DNA of 64,000 nt from Acidimicrobiaceae bacterium (lineage in GTDB: Bacteria > Actinomycetota > Acidimicrobiia > Acidimicrobiales > RAAP-2): positions 15,747 to 79,746 of the forward strand of contig PMFN01000015.1 of the NCBI GenBank assembly GCA_003155135.1. The letters are read 5' to 3'. The translations under genes were made by a program, and so were the position numbers. Position 1 is the first letter of the stretch; each line of letters begins with the position of its first letter. A model generated the notes under the pieces. The model worked only from the letters and a program-made list of their open reading frames with translations, did no database searches and was not told the origin of the DNA. Below, in pieces: positions 62,346 through 64,000 of this stretch.

Positions 62346-63143
62346 TTAGCCGCCCGCCGCGTCCTTCGACTGCTTGCGTCCACGCTCGGCGATGCCGGCA
62401 CGCCGGGCGGCGATCGCCGACGCGTCGTAGCCGTCACCCTCCCAGGCGCGGCTGACCTCGCCCTCGATCGCCCAGGCCTCCTCGCCGTCGGTCAGGCTGA
62501 TCCGCTCGTAGGACGCCAGGAGCTGGCGCACCGCCCGCTGGTCGATGCTGAGGCTGTCAGTGGCCAGGCCACGGCAGAAGGCGAGCAGCTCCTCGTGCGG
62601 CACGACATGGTTGACCAGCCCCCAGGTGAGGGCCGTGTGGGGGTCGACGAAGTTGCCGGTCACGCTCATCTCGCGCGCCCGGGTCACGCCGACGCGTTCG
62701 GGCAGCAGCACGCTCATCCCCCAGCCGGGCATCACCCCCACGCGGGCATGGGTGTCGGCGAAGCGGGCACGCTCGGAGGCCACCAGGAAGTCGCAGTTGA
62801 GGGCCAGCTCGAGGCCGCCGGTGACCGCTGCGCCATTGACCGCCCCGATCAGGAGCTTCGTGCGCGCCGGGAAGGGGCCGCGCTTGGAGGAGGACCCCGC
62901 CGCCGTCTCAGCGACGCCGCCGAACACCGGGGCGAAGTCGGTGAGATCGACCCCTGCGGAGAAGGCGGGGTCGGCACCGGTCAGGATGAGCGCATCGACG
63001 CCGTCGTCGGCCTCGAGGTCGGCCACTGCCCGGAAGAGGGCGCGCAGGAGTTCGATGCTGAGGGCGTTTCGGACCTCGGGGCGGTTGAGGGTAAGCACCG
63101 CGATGCGGTCGTCCACCTCTATGCGCAGCACATCTCCAGCCAT
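62346..63143 (-). CDS. enoyl-CoA hydratase/isomerase (crotonase) family protein
   Basis: Starts at ATG 63143 with GAGGAGGGG upstream. Contains IAVLTLNRPEVRNAL, FSAGVDL and GAVNGAAVTGGLELALNCDFLVAS. Confidence 0.9.
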   Translation of the reverse strand: MAGDVLRIEVDDRIAVLTLNRPEVRNALSIELLRALFRAVADLEADDGVDALILTGADPAFSAGVDLTDFAPVFGGVAETAAGSSSKRGPFPARTKLLIGAVNGAAVTGGLELALNCDFLVASERARFADTHARVGVMPGWGMSVLLPERVGVTRAREMSVTGNFVDPHTALTWGLVNHVVPHEELLAFCRGLATDSLSIDQRAVRQLLASYERISLTDGEEAWAIEGEVSRAWEGDGYDASAIAARRAGIAERGRKQSKDAAGG

Positions 63144-63216
63144 GGTCCCCTCCTCGTCGTGCGGCCCGGGACCTGACGCTACCGCTGCCCCAGTTGGTGG
63201 CGCGGCGTTGCCGTGC

Positions 63217-64000
63217 TCAGGCGGTGGCGGCCAGCCCCAGTAGGGCGGTCGCGTTGTCGTGCATGACGAGGTCGAGCTCGCCTGCGTCGAGACCGTCGAC
63301 GCGTTGGAGGTAGTCGCGGGGCTCGGCGAGGCCTTCGGGATGCGGGTAGTCCGACCCGAAGAGCACCCGATCGGCACCGACCAGCTCGATCAGCTGTCGC
63401 AAGTCGTCCTCCCAGAACGGGTTGAAGTAGAAGCTGCGCCGCAGCTGCTCGAGGGGGTCCCCGCTGAACTCCTGGGGCATCATGTGCGCCACCCGGTCGA
63501 GGTTTTCCATGAGGTGGGGCAGCCACCCCGTGCCGTTCTCCACGCTGGCGAGCCGCAGATCCGGGAACCGGCTGAGCGTCCCGTGGCAGACGAGCGACGC
63601 GATGGTGTCTTCGATGTCGCGGTGGCCTTCGGCCATCATGCGGAACGGCGAGCGTCCGAAGGCGCTCTGGGAGGCGCCCGGCGGCTCCCAGAGGTTGACG
63701 TAGGCCTCGATGATGGTGTCCGCCGCGTGGAAGCACACCGGAACCCCTGCACGTTGGACCTCGCGCCAGAAGGGATCGAACTCGGGCAGTCCGAACGACC
63801 GTGAGCCCCGGTAGCCGAAGGCGGGCGCGGGGCGGATGAGCACGGCACGCGCCCCGTTCTCGAGCACCCAGTGCAGCTCGTCGATGGCGGCCTCGACGAT
63901 GCCCAGGGTGAGGACGGGCGTGGCGAAGATGCGGCCCTTGTAGTCAAAGGTCCAGGTGTCGAGCATCCAGCGGTTGAGCGAGTGGATCACCGCCCCCACC
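63217..64000 (-). CDS. amidohydrolase-2 (ACMSD-like metal-dependent hydrolase/decarboxylase) family protein, 3' part only
   Basis: Contains VPVCFHA, the C-terminal LFGSDYPHPEG motif, and GELDLVMHDNA. The frame stays open to the right edge, so the N-terminus lies outside the window. Confidence 0.85.
   Translation of the reverse strand, partial: VGAVIHSLNRWMLDTWTFDYKGRIFATPVLTLGIVEAAIDELHWVLENGARAVLIRPAPAFGYRGSRSFGLPEFDPFWREVQRAGVPVCFHAADTIIEAYVNLWEPPGASQSAFGRSPFRMMAEGHRDIEDTIASLVCHGTLSRFPDLRLASVENGTGWLPHLMENLDRVAHMMPQEFSGDPLEQLRRSFYFNPFWEDDLRQLIELVGADRVLFGSDYPHPEGLAEPRDYLQRVDGLDAGELDLVMHDNATALLGLAATA

Noticed and set aside
1-64000. CRISPR arrays, rRNA/tRNA genes, transposases, integrases, prophage genes
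   Set aside because: I scanned the ORF translations and the intergenic gaps. No regularly spaced direct repeats, no T-loop or anticodon-arm structures, and no DDE, tyrosine- or serine-recombinase or phage structural motifs were seen.

Overview
Very high G+C, densely coding chromosomal segment. It is most consistent with an actinobacterium: two mycothiol-dependent DinB-fold enzymes, LLM/F420-type oxidoreductases, a SARP regulator, and subI-cysT-cysW-cysA in the mycobacterial gene order. I support about 50 protein genes by recognisable motifs in the translated ORFs. These include two MFS exporters (one paired with a MarR regulator), a polyamine/iron-type ABC importer, and a sulfate ABC importer followed directly by an EthA-like Baeyer-Villiger monooxygenase. 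Others are recBCD joined by ATGA start/stop overlaps, a GH3 glycosidase, two enoyl-CoA hydratases, and various redox and hydrolase genes. I saw no rRNA, tRNA, CRISPR array, transposase, integrase or prophage signature. Most long ORFs in the six-frame track that are rich in R/G/A/P or D/E/R/G lie antisense to, or out of frame with, motif-supported genes, and I treat them as high-GC artefacts. The five most unusual items are listed here. (1) 6777-13231: a 2H phosphoesterase gene, then a 1202-aa SARP + degenerate cyclase-homology + NB-ARC/STAND P-loop + TPR protein, whose stop overlaps (GTGA) the start of a 730-aa amine-oxidase-fold flavoprotein. (2) 2256-4310: a secreted protein with seven YVTN blades, an Ig-like linker and six copies of a 42-aa repeat I cannot name. 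(3) 15970-21013: a stand-alone class-I-type HMG-CoA reductase leading a same-strand string of asparaginase, patatin-like lipase and acyl-CoA dehydrogenase, with no other mevalonate-pathway gene in the window. (4) 38282-38731: a decayed LLM/F420 oxidoreductase remnant beside an intact but only distantly related LLM-class gene. (5) 21060-21096 and 27415-27439: a short hairpin-forming motif shared by two intergenic regions. All functional calls rest on motif recognition by eye; no database search or computation was possible.
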